A stretch of 64,000 nt of DNA from Candidatus Curtissbacteria bacterium RIFOXYA1_FULL_41_14 (GCA_001775095.1 MFCA01000025.1:22994-86993), one strand, 5' to 3'; positions 1 to 11,015 are shown, counted from the stretch's first letter. The notes: generated from the sequence alone by a model not told the origin. Numbers and translations are program-made.

Positions 1-75
1 TCGAAAGACTTGTCCAGAATCCCTACCGGGTAGATTCTGGAGTCACTCTACAATGTAGAGTTCCCCAGAATGATA
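1..75. repeat. Partial copy, cut by the window edge, of the palindromic structured element family (terminal inverted repeat tgtcattctgg/ccagaatgaca)
   Basis: Positions 1-75 match the 43683-43790 copy in module order: ggtcgaaag-cttgtccagaatcc-[variable loop]-gattctggagtc-[variable self-complementary hairpin]-ccccagaatga. The loops differ between copies but stay palindromic. Confidence 0.7.
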
Positions 76-159
76 ACTGAAAGACTCATAATAATTTTAT
101 TCCCCGGGTCTTAGCGTCGGAAATATCTTCCTCTTTAGTAAAGAGCGATATTTCCTAGC

Positions 160-1608
160 TCAAGTTTTTGACCTGAGTGTCGGAAATAATATTACATCTT
201 TGATCGAGGGAGAGTTTGTAAGAATCATCACTAAACGATCCATTGACGGGCCAATACCTGAAGTCGGCGGCATGCCATATTCAAGGGCCTCGTTAAAATC
301 TGTATCTGTTTGATGGGCTTCTTCCTCGCCTAATCTTTCTTTTTTCCTTTCGTCTTGAAAGCGAAGTTTAAGGTCCTGCGGGTCGTTTAGCTCGCTGTAA
401 TTATTGGAGGCTTCCATCCCGGCGACGAAATGCTCAAAGCGCTGGACAAATCGGGGATCTTTACCTTTTTTAGCAAGGGGTGAGGTTTCAACCGGGAAAT
501 CGTAAATAATTGTCGGGGAAATTAAAGTTTCGACAACTTTTTGGTCAAAAATTTCGGCCAGGATTAGCCCTGCGGTTTTCTGGAAAGGCTTTAGAGGTAC
601 ATTTAATTTTTTTGCATGCTGTTTGGCCTTGTCAGCATCTGTTATTTTGGAAAAATCAACTCCGGTTGCTTCTCTGACTGCATCAATCATTGTTACCCTC
701 TTCCAAGGCCTTTTAAAATTAACGGCCGAATTCTGGTATTTAACTTTGGTTGATCCTATGGTTTTTTTGACAACATATTCGGTCATCTGCTCAACCAAAT
801 CCATATTAACTTGATAATCGGCATAAGCTTCCATGGTCTCCAAAATAGTGAATTCGGGATTGTGCTGTCTGTCAATTCCTTCATTTCTAAAGACGCGGGC
901 AATTTCAAAAACTTTTTCAAAACCGGCAACGATTAATCTCTTTAAGTAAAGCTCGGTGGAGATTCGAAGATAAAGAGGGATACCCAAAGCATTGTGATAA
1001 GTTTTAAAAGGCCGTGCTAAACCTCCACCGTAAAGCGTTTGCAGAACCGGTGTTTCAACTTCGATGTAACCGCGATCCAGTAAGAATTGGCGGTGAGCCT
1101 GGATGACTTGCGATCGCAGCTCGAAAACTTTTTTGACCTGCGAATTAAATAGAAGATCTAAATAGCGTTTACGGTATCTTTCTTCGATATCTTTTAGGCC
1201 GTACCAGGTAGAAGGCAGAGGTCTTGTTGATTTGGTAAGCAGTTCAAAATCTGAGGCGAAAATTGTTGTTTCGCCGGCTTGGGTTTTGTCGACTTTGCCT
1301 GTAACCTGGATAAAGTCGCCGATATCCAAAAGCGTTAACAGTTCACGGTTCACAGTTGACAGTTTGTCTTTGGAAAAGAAGAGCTGGATTTTGCCGGACT
1401 CGTCAACAAGGTCAGCAAAAGTTGACCCGCCGTGTGACCGAAGTGCCATGACGCGGCCGGCAGTCTGCACATTTTTACCCTGTGATTTTAGACAATCGGA
1501 GATATTTACTTCTTTTTGGCTTTTGGCAGGATAAGGATTAATGCCTAATTTCCTGATTTTTTCAAGCTTTTCAAGGCGAATTTTACGCAGTTTCTCCAGC
1601 GGCTCCAT
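160..1608 (-). CDS. lysS: Lysyl-tRNA synthetase, class II
   Basis: The ORF-track protein has a typical LysRS N-terminal OB-fold domain and class II catalytic core (FRNEG..., GGxGxGxDR-like C-terminus). The likely start is the internal Met (MEPLEKL) at 1608, not the track start at 1704. Confidence 0.9.
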   Translation of the reverse strand: MEPLEKLRKIRLEKLEKIRKLGINPYPAKSQKEVNISDCLKSQGKNVQTAGRVMALRSHGGSTFADLVDESGKIQLFFSKDKLSTVNRELLTLLDIGDFIQVTGKVDKTQAGETTIFASDFELLTKSTRPLPSTWYGLKDIEERYRKRYLDLLFNSQVKKVFELRSQVIQAHRQFLLDRGYIEVETPVLQTLYGGGLARPFKTYHNALGIPLYLRISTELYLKRLIVAGFEKVFEIARVFRNEGIDRQHNPEFTILETMEAYADYQVNMDLVEQMTEYVVKKTIGSTKVKYQNSAVNFKRPWKRVTMIDAVREATGVDFSKITDADKAKQHAKKLNVPLKPFQKTAGLILAEIFDQKVVETLISPTIIYDFPVETSPLAKKGKDPRFVQRFEHFVAGMEASNNYSELNDPQDLKLRFQDERKKERLGEEEAHQTDTDFNEALEYGMPPTSGIGPSMDRLVMILTNSPSIKDVILFPTLRSKT

Positions 1609-3082
1609 GAGGTAAAGTATACGAGGAAGGCGAAGAATTATCAATGAAGCTTGGAAGAGTTTGGGAATCGCTAAATGGAGCTCTAATTGAACCGTATCTT
1701 CCACTACGATCTGATACTAATTGTAAAAAGTAGTGGTATTCCTGTTCAGGTGTTGTTGACTGACTGAAGATAAACCTTAATAGTTCTCTTTTACCTTCTA
1801 TCGTAAGATTACCTGCATACCACTGATGAAGACGGAAACCAATTCCATAGGCGTAGAGATAAGTTCGCTTCACAGGGTCATCTCTTCTTTCTTGAATCTG
1901 ATTTCTTATTTCGTCTTCGGGTTCTGCTGGTAAAAATCTGTGCATATATGCAATCATTTCCTCATCAGTGGACCCTGTGGTGTTGACCATAATGTGTATA
2001 TTGTTATAGATCATCTGTCTCAAACCTTCCAGCTCAAGCTCTGACTCTGTATGTTCTGAGAAATGCCGATGCAAACTTGGTACAAAAAGATGGACTGTCT
2101 GGGCAAACCCTTCAATGGGAATCTGTCCCGGATAATGAACGGATGTCAGGCCTAAAACCCGCAATAACTCACCCCTATCTATGGCATTTTTCCAGCTCTC
2201 CATTTGCGCCGCGTGTCCGGCAATCTCATGGGCTGCCATAGCTTCAACTTTACCTTCTGTCCACCTGCTTGCATGCCTGACAGGGTGAGTATTAATCTTT
2301 AATGAAAATCTTTCGTGGTCTCCGTCAATCCAATCAATCCAATAATCGTCTTCTTTGACGGCTTCAATATCGAGCTCTGGTGTTATCTTTTTACCCAGGA
2401 AGTCTGAAACTGTTCCAAGGTAAGTTGCAACATAATCTCTCATCTTATCCGGAAGTGTTTCTTCGGAAACTAGGTGTTCACGTCTATAGCGTTCAATCGA
2501 TTCACTGTCGATAGCTCCAAATCCCTTTGTGATTGAGTCAATCTGAGCCATAAGTGTGCTTTCTTCGATCATTTGCGGTCTTATACCCTGAGTTAAGCTG
2601 ATAAATTCTTCAAATGGAAATTCTTGGTTTGTTTTTCCTCGATAAAAGGTGGAGTGGGCTATAAGTTCTGCTAGTAGGAATTCCCGTTGGAGTTGGAGGG
2701 CTGCTGTTTTCCCATTTCTGGGCAGTATAATTCTTTCTGCTCTGCTACGAAGTTCGTCAATAGACCCCACAATTTCTGTCCATTCTCTTTTTGTGGGAGG
2801 GCCTTGATGCCATTTCTTCCTTCTTTCTAGGGCCCTGCGATCTCTTGGGCTTACAGGAACGAGGTCGAAATCAACTAGTTTACGGTGTGGTCCTTCCATC
2901 ACATACGCGTCGCGTAACACCTCTATGGCTTCGTCGGAGAGCTCATAAAGTTCATACTCTGGCCCTTTTTGCTCCCTCCTTCTAAAGATAGAGGGTATTA
3001 TTCCCCTGTCTTTGAATACTATTGGTCCCCTATCTCTGAATTGTTCTGGCCTACTGGCCATGTTTTGCCTCCATAAACCCAA
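1583..3082 (-). CDS. Hypothetical protein with an HEXXH motif (HEIAGH); putative zinc metallopeptidase
   Basis: A 499-aa ORF with the single motif 'AAHEIAGHAAQ'. I recognise no confident family. The C-terminus is low-complexity. Confidence 0.5.
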   Translation of the reverse strand: MGLWRQNMASRPEQFRDRGPIVFKDRGIIPSIFRRREQKGPEYELYELSDEAIEVLRDAYVMEGPHRKLVDFDLVPVSPRDRRALERRKKWHQGPPTKREWTEIVGSIDELRSRAERIILPRNGKTAALQLQREFLLAELIAHSTFYRGKTNQEFPFEEFISLTQGIRPQMIEESTLMAQIDSITKGFGAIDSESIERYRREHLVSEETLPDKMRDYVATYLGTVSDFLGKKITPELDIEAVKEDDYWIDWIDGDHERFSLKINTHPVRHASRWTEGKVEAMAAHEIAGHAAQMESWKNAIDRGELLRVLGLTSVHYPGQIPIEGFAQTVHLFVPSLHRHFSEHTESELELEGLRQMIYNNIHIMVNTTGSTDEEMIAYMHRFLPAEPEDEIRNQIQERRDDPVKRTYLYAYGIGFRLHQWYAGNLTIEGKRELLRFIFSQSTTPEQEYHYFLQLVSDRSGRYGSIRAPFSDSQTLPSFIDNSSPSSYTLPHGAAGETA

Positions 3083-3094
3083 GATTATACTACT

Positions 3095-4456
3095 TTAAAT
3101 GAGTTTCTTCAAATTCGGTCTGAAGCGCTCGAAGATTTCCAACGAGGCATACTTCTCAACAAAATGCTGGGCATCTTCATAAGTACCTACTGCTAAAATA
3201 CGCTCAAGGGTATCGGCGAGTTCATTGATTGAGACAAAAAGTTTCGTAAAATTTGGCCAGGAGAACCCTCCGGCTTCCCTAATTGCGCCGCTTTCCAAGA
3301 AATAATTCAAAGCAATTGCAAAACCTTGGGCATAGTGAATAATACTAGGTTCTTTTAGGTAAGAAGTCCACCAGGAAAATGCCCGGGCTACAAACATAAC
3401 CATAATCGCTTCCAGTTCTTTTTGACTAATTACGTCTTTTAAAAGTAATGACCCGCAGGCTTTAACCCCGTAGATTGAGGCACTAATTTCATCAAAAACA
3501 GGGAAGTATTCTTTGAGTCTTCTTTCACTGTCACGATACCTTAAAAGGGTATGGGAAATTTCATGCAGGTAAGAATTACGCAGAGAACCCATCTTGAGTA
3601 CATCAATTGGATATCCTTGCTGGAATTTTCCTTCAAAAATGGCATGGAATATAGGGTGATGCTCGGCGTTAAATTTAATGTCAAATGAGGGTTTGAAAAT
3701 TGTAATTTCTGACCCATGTTTTTCCATTAAGCCGACATCGTTTGGTAAGTTCGAGCTGGTAAACATAAAGTGGGCAATCAAACCTGAAAAGATAAGAACA
3801 TCATCAACACGAATCTGAATTTTATCCAAGAAATCGACCTTTTCCGAAGGGGCTAAAACCTTTCTTCTTCCTGACACAATGTAATTTTTGAAAACTGTGG
3901 TGTCACTGGTCCTTTGCTCGTCCATAATGCCAACCCAAGATTGATAGGCACATTTTGTGAAGAAAAGTTTGTCATCATACCGCTCAATCGGGCCGATAAC
4001 AAAGTTGATTTTGTAGGGTTTTAATGAAAGCCAATAAATGTCACTTGTTTCATAATTGCCATCTAAAAGTGAATTGGCCTGAACCTCGAGGCGTTTAGCA
4101 AAATCATGATTTTGGGTAATTTTGGCAGCCTCTTTAACTAAACGGGCTACCTTCTCCAGTTGTTTTACGAATTTAACATGATAAGGGATAGCTATAAGTT
4201 CTCCCTTTTTATTTTTTTCGACCATCGTATAGGGTGAAAGGATAGCCTTGTTGTGCCTGGCAGCTTTGACAATTTCTTCTTTGGTAACATCGTGAGGATA
4301 AAAATTGGCGCCTAAGTAGTTGGAGTTTTCTTGTTGTTCATAAATGGCGGAAATAGCCTCGGCCGCATCGATAAGCTTAGTTACCACCCGCTTTTCGGAA
4401 GCTGACAATTTTCGAATGGCTTTTGCTGAAAATTTAATTATTGGTTTTTTGGTCAT
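3095..4456 (-). CDS. Hypothetical protein with an HEXXH motif (HEISHT); putative zinc metallopeptidase
   Basis: A 453-aa ORF with the motif 'YLHEISHTLL'. It lies directly downstream of greA on the same strand. Confidence 0.5.
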   Translation of the reverse strand: MTKKPIIKFSAKAIRKLSASEKRVVTKLIDAAEAISAIYEQQENSNYLGANFYPHDVTKEEIVKAARHNKAILSPYTMVEKNKKGELIAIPYHVKFVKQLEKVARLVKEAAKITQNHDFAKRLEVQANSLLDGNYETSDIYWLSLKPYKINFVIGPIERYDDKLFFTKCAYQSWVGIMDEQRTSDTTVFKNYIVSGRRKVLAPSEKVDFLDKIQIRVDDVLIFSGLIAHFMFTSSNLPNDVGLMEKHGSEITIFKPSFDIKFNAEHHPIFHAIFEGKFQQGYPIDVLKMGSLRNSYLHEISHTLLRYRDSERRLKEYFPVFDEISASIYGVKACGSLLLKDVISQKELEAIMVMFVARAFSWWTSYLKEPSIIHYAQGFAIALNYFLESGAIREAGGFSWPNFTKLFVSINELADTLERILAVGTYEDAQHFVEKYASLEIFERFRPNLKKLI

Positions 4457-4929
4457 TTAATTTCTAAGACCCTGATCTTACTTTTAACCGGGCCAACTGC
4501 TACTTCTATTGTCTCTCCGACTCTTAAACCGAGAAGTGCTTGACCGACAGGCGATTCATTGGATATCTTTTTCGTTGCAGGGTCAGCCTCCATTGACCCA
4601 ACTATAGTAAATTCGTGAACTTCATCCCCCATCTCTACTACCACTGTAGAGCCAATAACAACAAATCCATTTTTGGGGGTTTCACTTATAATTTGAGCTT
4701 TATGCAGAACCTCTTCCAGTTCTGATATACGATGTTCTAAAAGAGACTGTTCTTCTTTGGCAGCATCATATTCCGAATTTTCGGAAAGATCTCCGAATTC
4801 TCTGGCTCTTTCGATCCTTTGAATAATCTGTGATCTCTTAACATTAACCAACAGATCATACTCCCCTTCTAACTTAGCCAGTCCTTGAGGGGTAAGGATA
4901 AATTTCTTGGAACTTTGAGTCATGTTCAT
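4453..4929 (-). CDS. greA: Transcription elongation factor GreA
   Basis: A 158-aa protein with an N-terminal coiled-coil (DLSENSEYDAAKEEQ) and a C-terminal FKBP-like domain typical of GreA/GreB. Confidence 0.9.
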   Translation of the reverse strand: MNMTQSSKKFILTPQGLAKLEGEYDLLVNVKRSQIIQRIERAREFGDLSENSEYDAAKEEQSLLEHRISELEEVLHKAQIISETPKNGFVVIGSTVVVEMGDEVHEFTIVGSMEADPATKKISNESPVGQALLGLRVGETIEVAVGPVKSKIRVLEIK

Positions 4930-5238
4930 ATATGTAGGAAGCTAATTCTATTGCAAAAATACCTCCAGGTCAAGAATTGTGAGTTTAACTATTCACCTTT
5001 CCCCAAATGGATATGTCATCGCGAGGCTACGTAGTAGCCGTGGCAATCTAAAAGATTGCTTCTCCAGCTGCGCCGGATCGCAATGACGATTTGGCTGGAC
5101 AAAACTGAATAGTTACTTGTGAGTTTGTTATTAGTTTGTTGAAAACCTCGTTATTCTTCGAACAATGTGAGAAGTCTGACAGTTCTCGCTACGGAGAGTA
5201 TCAGACGGTACTCTCCTACGCTCGAACAATATTGGTTT

Positions 5239-5266
5239 TTAACAAGCTCTAAGATTGTTATATAAT
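5239..5266 (+). promoter_or_regulatory. Sigma70-like promoter upstream of tRNA-Glu (TTAACA - 16 nt - TATAAT)
   Basis: Consensus -10 'tataat' at 5261-5266 with a -35-like 'ttaaca' 16 nt upstream. The tRNA begins about 20 nt downstream. Confidence 0.4.
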
Positions 5267-5285
5267 GATGATCGAATTTAGATTC

Positions 5286-5360
5286 GGCGCTATCGTCTAG
5301 TGGTCCAGGACACATGGTTCTCATCCATGAAACCGGGGTTCGACTCCCCGTAGCGCTACC
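5286..5360 (+). tRNA. tRNA-Glu (anticodon CUC)
   Basis: Hand-folded cloverleaf: acceptor GGCGCTA/TAGCGCT with G1-U72, U8, D-stem GTCT/GGAC, anticodon stem CATGG/CCATG, loop TTCTCAT (anticodon CTC), T-arm CGGGG-TTCGACT-CCCCG, discriminator A. The 3' CC is encoded. Confidence 0.85.
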
Positions 5361-5606
5361 TCGTCGGAACTAAACTTTTATGTTTCGCGAAGATTGCAAG
5401 CAACTTCGCTCAACTTTTAGTTTGTTCCTCCTCTCAAAATCCTTCGGATTTTGGGTGGGATTTTTGTAAGGATTATTATGAGAGTATTTTCAGCCTGCCC
5501 CGTTAGAAACCTATTGCAAAAAATTTCTCAAAATTTTTTGCGTCAAGTTAAGCTGACCTCTTCTACAAATAAATCTTTTGAATTAAATTCGACTTTCTAC
5601 AGAAAG

Positions 5607-6314
5607 ATGGTTTTTAACGGGGCCTGCCTTATCAGTCTAAGCCTGTTTTTTGCTATTACTTTTTATCATCCTTTAACTTTTGCACAAGCTGAAAAATATC
5701 AGCTTCCAGACATAACCGAAGGACAAATTAACGAGGCGCTGCAAAAAACTGTACCGATAAGGCTGCTTCCCTCTCATCCTTTATATTTTTTAATTAGCGC
5801 CAAAGAGATAATTTCAAGGTTTTTTCAGCCATCTTCCATTGAGAAAACACGCTTTGATTTTATTTTGTTAGGAAAACGATTAAAAGAAACTTATCTGCTT
5901 TTTGAAAAAGGCGATTTTAAAGGGGGCAGTAAAAATCTAAAAAGATATAGTCAAAGGGCCTCTTCGCTGGTCAAGCAAATGGAGAAGGCAAGAGCGCAAA
6001 ACCAATCTGTGGTAGCTTTTGCAGACGAAACCGCGCAAGAATTACAATTTCATGAGATTTTATTTTCGGCAATCGCTAATAAATGGCAAAATACCAAAGA
6101 GTACGATATGGAAGATAATTTTGGTAACGCTTTAGGTGATTTTGTTAAGGTGGTTTTGGCAATAGATAATGTCCAGCCAGGACTAAAAAATCGTTTTAAA
6201 ACAGCAACCAGCTCTGCAATTTTAGAAACTGCACCGGCTGCAAGCCCAAGCCCTACCCCATCAACACTTTTTGAAACCTCACCTTCTGCAAGGCCGAGAA
6301 GGATAATTTATTAG
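5607..6314 (+). CDS. Hypothetical secreted protein (signal peptide; Pro/Ser/Thr-rich C-terminus)
   Basis: The track ORF 5451-6314 has a probable true start at MVFNGACLISLSLFFAITFY...AQA (signal-peptide-like), overlapping the tRNA terminator region. I assign no family. Confidence 0.45.
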   Translation: MVFNGACLISLSLFFAITFYHPLTFAQAEKYQLPDITEGQINEALQKTVPIRLLPSHPLYFLISAKEIISRFFQPSSIEKTRFDFILLGKRLKETYLLFEKGDFKGGSKNLKRYSQRASSLVKQMEKARAQNQSVVAFADETAQELQFHEILFSAIANKWQNTKEYDMEDNFGNALGDFVKVVLAIDNVQPGLKNRFKTATSSAILETAPAASPSPTPSTLFETSPSARPRRIIY

Positions 6315-6355
6315 GGTCTAGCGACTAGGGTTTAGGGTTTAGGGACTGTATAAGA

Positions 6356-8371
6356 TTAAACCAGAAGGGGTATAAGTAGTAAGGCAACTATGTTGATAAT
6401 CTTGATCATTGGATTTATGGCTGGTCCTGCCGTATCCTTATACGGATCACCAACCGTATCGCCGGTAATAGCTGCCTTATGAGCCTTTGACCCCTTCCCA
6501 CCAAAATTACCAGCCTCTATATACTTCTTGGCATTATCCCAGGCAGCACCGCCGGTTGTCATCGAAATTGCCACAAAGACTCCAGAGACAATTGAACCCA
6601 TTAAAAGACCGCCAAGAGCCTTGGTACCTAAGGTAAAACCTATTGCAACTGGCGCAAATACTGGAATAAGAGCTGGTATGACCATTAATCTAAGAGCTTT
6701 CTTAGTTACAATATCAACGGCTTTATCGTACTGAGGTTTACTTCGGCCGCTTAAAATTCCGGGTATTTCCTTAAACTGCCGCCTGACTTCGTCAACAACA
6801 GCTGCTCCCGCAATACCTACCGCTTCCAGTCCATACGAAGCAAAAAGGAATGGCAGCGAGGCGCCAATTAAAAGTCCGACTAAAACTTTAGGGTCCGATA
6901 GAGTAAACTCGACATATGAACCTCTGGCAATTAACTCCTGTGAATATGCGGCAAATAACACTAAAGCCGCAAGAACTGCTGATGCGATCGCATAGCCCTT
7001 AGTTACAGCTTTAGTTGTATTCCCGACAGCATCAAGTTCGTCGGTGATACTTCTTACTTCTTTTGGCAGTTGGGCCATTTCGGCAATTCCCCCGGCATTG
7101 TCCGTAATGGGGCCGTAGGCATCTATCGCCACAATCATACCGGTCAAAGAAAGCATGGCAACGACTGCGATTGCGATTCCATAAAGGCCTGCCAGTGAGA
7201 AAGCAACCAAAATTCCTGAACAAATTACAACAATTGGCCAGAATGTGGATCTTAGAGAAAAAGCAAGTCCGGTAATTATATTGGTAGCATGTCCGGTTGT
7301 AGCTGCTTTGGCGATATTTTGAACCGTTTTAAACTTTGTCGAGGTGTAATATTCGGTTATCAACATAATAAATATTGTCGCAATAATGCCAACCAACGAT
7401 GTTAAATATATATTGAAGGGATCAAAAGAACCGTTAGCATTCATAAGTATCATTGTTGCCGGGTAAAAACCAAGAGCCGAAAGGGCTGCCGCGATGATGA
7501 GTCCTGTGTATAGGGCTCCCATAATACTTTTATTCCTTGGGAGTCTTACAAAAAAAGCGGCAATTATAGTTGCGATAATTCCAATAGCTCCAAGAACCAT
7601 CGGATAAACAAGTGCACTTAACGAATCAGGAAAAAGAAAAGACCCTAAAAGCATTGCGGCGACTAAGGTTACAGCATAAGTCTCAAAAAGATCAGCGGCC
7701 ATTCCGGCACAGTCACCGACATTATCGCCGACATTATCGGCAATTGTCGCCGGATTACGGGGATCGTCTTCAGGAATACCCGCTTCTTCTTTACCGACTA
7801 AATCGGCACCAACATCTGCCCCTTTTGTAAAAATACCGCCTCCAAGTCTTGCAAAAATAGAGATTAAAGAACCGCCAAATCCCAGTCCGACGAGTCCATC
7901 TAAGCTGCCACTAACCCCAAAATAGCCGGCAACAGCAAGTAGTGCCAAACCGACAACTAAAAGTCCGGTAACCGATCCTCCAGCAAAAGCCAGTGAGAGG
8001 GCTTGGGCAAGACCCTTTTTTGCAGCCTGGGCAGTACGGACATTGGCCCTTACGGAAATATTCATTCCTATAAAACCGGAGGCAGTAGAAGCAGCAGCGC
8101 CGATAGCGAATCCAATGGCAGGTTCAAGTGATAGTAGTAACCAAATTGCCCCAAAAATAATTATGGCCACTACTGCAATAACCGAATACTGTCTTGCCAG
8201 ATAGGCAGATGCCCCTTCAGCAATCGCATCGGCAATGCGGCGCATTTTAACAGTACCCGGATCCTGTGAAACAATTCGAAATGAGGTAATTACTCCATAC
8301 AAAATAGCTGCAGTAGAAGCAGCTAAAGCAATAGGCAGGCCAAGTGAGGGGTTAATACTTTCTATATCCAC
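6356..8371 (-). CDS. hppA: Membrane-bound proton-translocating pyrophosphatase (H+-PPase), K+-independent type
   Basis: A 671-aa polytopic protein with the [21 protein letters not shown] signature. GNTTKAV (Lys rather than Ala) indicates the K+-independent subtype. Confidence 0.9.
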   Translation of the reverse strand: MDIESINPSLGLPIALAASTAAILYGVITSFRIVSQDPGTVKMRRIADAIAEGASAYLARQYSVIAVVAIIIFGAIWLLLSLEPAIGFAIGAAASTASGFIGMNISVRANVRTAQAAKKGLAQALSLAFAGGSVTGLLVVGLALLAVAGYFGVSGSLDGLVGLGFGGSLISIFARLGGGIFTKGADVGADLVGKEEAGIPEDDPRNPATIADNVGDNVGDCAGMAADLFETYAVTLVAAMLLGSFLFPDSLSALVYPMVLGAIGIIATIIAAFFVRLPRNKSIMGALYTGLIIAAALSALGFYPATMILMNANGSFDPFNIYLTSLVGIIATIFIMLITEYYTSTKFKTVQNIAKAATTGHATNIITGLAFSLRSTFWPIVVICSGILVAFSLAGLYGIAIAVVAMLSLTGMIVAIDAYGPITDNAGGIAEMAQLPKEVRSITDELDAVGNTTKAVTKGYAIASAVLAALVLFAAYSQELIARGSYVEFTLSDPKVLVGLLIGASLPFLFASYGLEAVGIAGAAVVDEVRRQFKEIPGILSGRSKPQYDKAVDIVTKKALRLMVIPALIPVFAPVAIGFTLGTKALGGLLMGSIVSGVFVAISMTTGGAAWDNAKKYIEAGNFGGKGSKAHKAAITGDTVGDPYKDTAGPAINPMIKIINIVALLLIPLLV

Positions 8372-8445
8372 AATTAATATGGGCGGGAGTTAGACGTCTT
8401 TGAAAAATAATACAAACTTTTGTTAAAATTTGCAAGGCTTTGGGA

Positions 8446-10866
8446 CTATGCTGTTGATTGAGGAATTGAAAATGGGCGCGGGATTTTTTCTTTCTTTGTC
8501 GAACTCCTCTTTGCTCTTTGTGCCTCTATAACAGACCGCGTTAGGCCAACCTTTAGAACCTCGTCCATATGCTCAGTTAGAATAAATTGGAGGTCCCGTC
8601 TTACGTTTTTGGGTATTTCTTCCAAGTCCTTGGCATTGGCTTTTGGTAGAATAATGGTAGTTAATCCTGCCCGATGAGCCGCTAATACTTTCTCTTTAAC
8701 CCCACCAATTTCCAAAACTCTTCCTCGAAGTGTTACTTCACCAGTCATACCTACTCCGCGCCTTACCGCGATTTTGGTTACTGCCGAAACGAGTGCGGTT
8801 GTGATAGCAATACCAGCCGAAGGTCCTTCTTTAGGAACAGCTCCTTCGGGGACGTGAATATGGATATCGCACTTAGCAAAGAAGTTGTCTCCAACACCCA
8901 CAACTTTAGCTCTTGATTTTACATAAGAAAGAGCTGCCTGGGCGGATTCTTTCATAACATCGCCAAGCTGGCCCGTTAGTATCAAATGGCCCTTACCTGG
9001 CATAAGCGTAACTTCAACGAATAAAATCTCGCCTCCCGCAGGAGTTACGGAAAGGCCGGTCGACATGCCGACTTCATCTTTTGTTTCGGCAATAGTCTTG
9101 GAGAACTTAAACGGTCCAAGATAACTATGGAGTTGCTTGGGGCTGACTTTAATTTTTTTCTGTTTGTTGTTTGAGGCGAATTTTTTAGCGACTTTTCTCA
9201 AGATAGCGGCAATTTCTCTTTCCAGTTCTCTGACTCCCGCTTCCCGTGTATACCTTGAAATAATCTCTTTGATAGCTGCATCTGAAATTTCGACTTTTTC
9301 CTTGGCTAATCCATGGGCTTCAAATTGTTTTGGTTTAAGGAATCTTTTGGCAATATGGAATTTCTCTTCTTCTGTATAGCCCGGAAAGCTGATAACTTCT
9401 AACCGATCACGGAGTGCCGGCGGAATGGTATCCAGAACATTAGCAGTCGTAATAAACATCACGTCGGAAAGATCATAGGGAACCTCCAGGTAATGATCGG
9501 AAAAGGCATTATTTTGTTCCGGGTCAAGAGCCTCAAGAAGCGCTGAGGAGGGATCACCTCTAAAATCCGTACCAACCTTGTCGATTTCATCAAGCATAAA
9601 AACCGGATTTTTGGTGCCGGCATTTTTGATTCCTTGAATAATCCTGCCCGGAAGAGCACCGACGTATGTTCTGCGATGACCACGGATTTCAGCTTCATCA
9701 TGAATTCCGCCCAAGGAAACTCTTATAAATTTGTGGTCAAGAGCCCGGGCAATCGATTTTCCAATCGAAGTTTTACCTACCCCGGGCGGTCCAACAAAAC
9801 AAAGTATCGGTCCTTTAATTTTGCCGACTAACTTATGGACTGCCAGATATTCCAAAATTCGCTCTTTTACTTTGGGCAAACCGTAATGATCCTCTTCTAA
9901 AACTTTGGCGGCGAAATCAACGTCGGCGGACTTCTTGTTTTTCACTACCCAAGGCAGATCGACAAGCCATTCTAAATACGTTCGAAGGTAAGAAGATTCA
10001 GGATTATAAGATGACATCTTAGCCAGTCTTACGAGCTCTCTATCAGCTTTATTCTTAACTTCCTGCGGCATTGCTGCTTCTTTGATTTTCCTGCGAAATT
10101 CGGTAATCTCCCGGCCGTCTTCGTCCTCTCCTAATTCTTTTTCGATAGATTTCATCTTTTCGCGAAGGATTGCCTCTTTGGTTACCTTGCCAACTCTTTC
10201 TTGGGTCTCAGTATCGATCTTTGAAGATATTTCCAAAATCCGAATCTCACGGCTTAACAGTTCCGAAAGCCTCTCCAGCCTTGCTTTGGTATCAACCATT
10301 TCCAGAATCTGCTGTTTATCCTGGGTTTTAAGATCAATTGATGCAGAAATGATGTTTACAAGCTGGTTGGGGTCGTCAGTTGAAAAAATATGAATCGATG
10401 ACTCAAGAGTCAAAACTCCACCAAGTTCACCGTATTTTTTTATTTTATTCAGAATATTTCGGAATAAGGCTTCAATTTCCTCGGTTTTCTGGGCCAGTTC
10501 CGGTATTTCCTCGACTCTTACGGCTAAATATGGATCAATTTGGGAAAATTCTTTAAGATAGACTCTACTTAGGCCTTCAACTGCTAAATTGTATTCGTTG
10601 TCAACTTTCCAGAGTCTTCTGATTAAACCGACAGTTCCGACAGGATAAATATCGTTTGGAGCCGGGTTTTCGACCCGTGGATTTTTCTGGGCAACAAAAA
10701 CGGTAAGCCTGTCTGTTGCCCAAGCACTATCAAGGCCAAGCTTAACTTTGGGCCGGCCGACTGTTATTGGTACCATTGAAGATGGAAAAACAACTGTATC
10801 TCGAAGCGGAACTACGGGAATTTCGCTTTTTAATCTTGGTTTTTGCTGTTCTAAGAAAATAGCCAT
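8446..10866 (-). CDS. lon: ATP-dependent Lon protease
   Basis: An 806-aa protein with a LAN domain, Walker A GPPGVGKTS, and a C-terminal Ser-Lys protease domain (PKEGPSAGIA...). Confidence 0.95.
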   Translation of the reverse strand: MAIFLEQQKPRLKSEIPVVPLRDTVVFPSSMVPITVGRPKVKLGLDSAWATDRLTVFVAQKNPRVENPAPNDIYPVGTVGLIRRLWKVDNEYNLAVEGLSRVYLKEFSQIDPYLAVRVEEIPELAQKTEEIEALFRNILNKIKKYGELGGVLTLESSIHIFSTDDPNQLVNIISASIDLKTQDKQQILEMVDTKARLERLSELLSREIRILEISSKIDTETQERVGKVTKEAILREKMKSIEKELGEDEDGREITEFRRKIKEAAMPQEVKNKADRELVRLAKMSSYNPESSYLRTYLEWLVDLPWVVKNKKSADVDFAAKVLEEDHYGLPKVKERILEYLAVHKLVGKIKGPILCFVGPPGVGKTSIGKSIARALDHKFIRVSLGGIHDEAEIRGHRRTYVGALPGRIIQGIKNAGTKNPVFMLDEIDKVGTDFRGDPSSALLEALDPEQNNAFSDHYLEVPYDLSDVMFITTANVLDTIPPALRDRLEVISFPGYTEEEKFHIAKRFLKPKQFEAHGLAKEKVEISDAAIKEIISRYTREAGVRELEREIAAILRKVAKKFASNNKQKKIKVSPKQLHSYLGPFKFSKTIAETKDEVGMSTGLSVTPAGGEILFVEVTLMPGKGHLILTGQLGDVMKESAQAALSYVKSRAKVVGVGDNFFAKCDIHIHVPEGAVPKEGPSAGIAITTALVSAVTKIAVRRGVGMTGEVTLRGRVLEIGGVKEKVLAAHRAGLTTIILPKANAKDLEEIPKNVRRDLQFILTEHMDEVLKVGLTRSVIEAQRAKRSSTKKEKIPRPFSIPQSTA

Positions 10867-11015
10867 TTTTAAAAACTTCCTGACCTCCCTTTTTGCCGGT
10901 CTATATATTATATACGACCTTGTACAGCTTGTCTTGATCCAGCTCTACTGGAGAAAGATTAGCAGTTAGAATATCACGAGTGCTAATTGATGTCAAGCCC
11001 CGTTGGCGACTTTAA

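Noticed and set aside
119-155. Long hairpin (ggaaatatc...gatatttcc with an inner ctcttta-g-taaagag) just past the lysS stop
   Set aside because: No T-tract follows on the lysS (minus) strand, so I cannot support it as an intrinsic terminator. It may be part of the adjacent repeat element's flank.
5030-5230. Hairpin-rich region upstream of tRNA-Glu (gtcatcgcga...tcgcaatgac inverted repeat; ggagagta-N8-tactctcc stem)
   Set aside because: It shares only the GTCAT...ATGAC termini with the main element family. This is too little to assign it confidently to that family. It is possibly a degenerate relative.
6322-6345. Telomere-like tandem heptamer gggtttagggtttaggg (TTTAGGG, about 2.5 copies) right after the 5607-6314 gene
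   Set aside because: It is only about 2.5 copies. It is consistent with a chance low-complexity run in AT-rich intergenic DNA. Nothing else suggests telomeric or linear-replicon biology.
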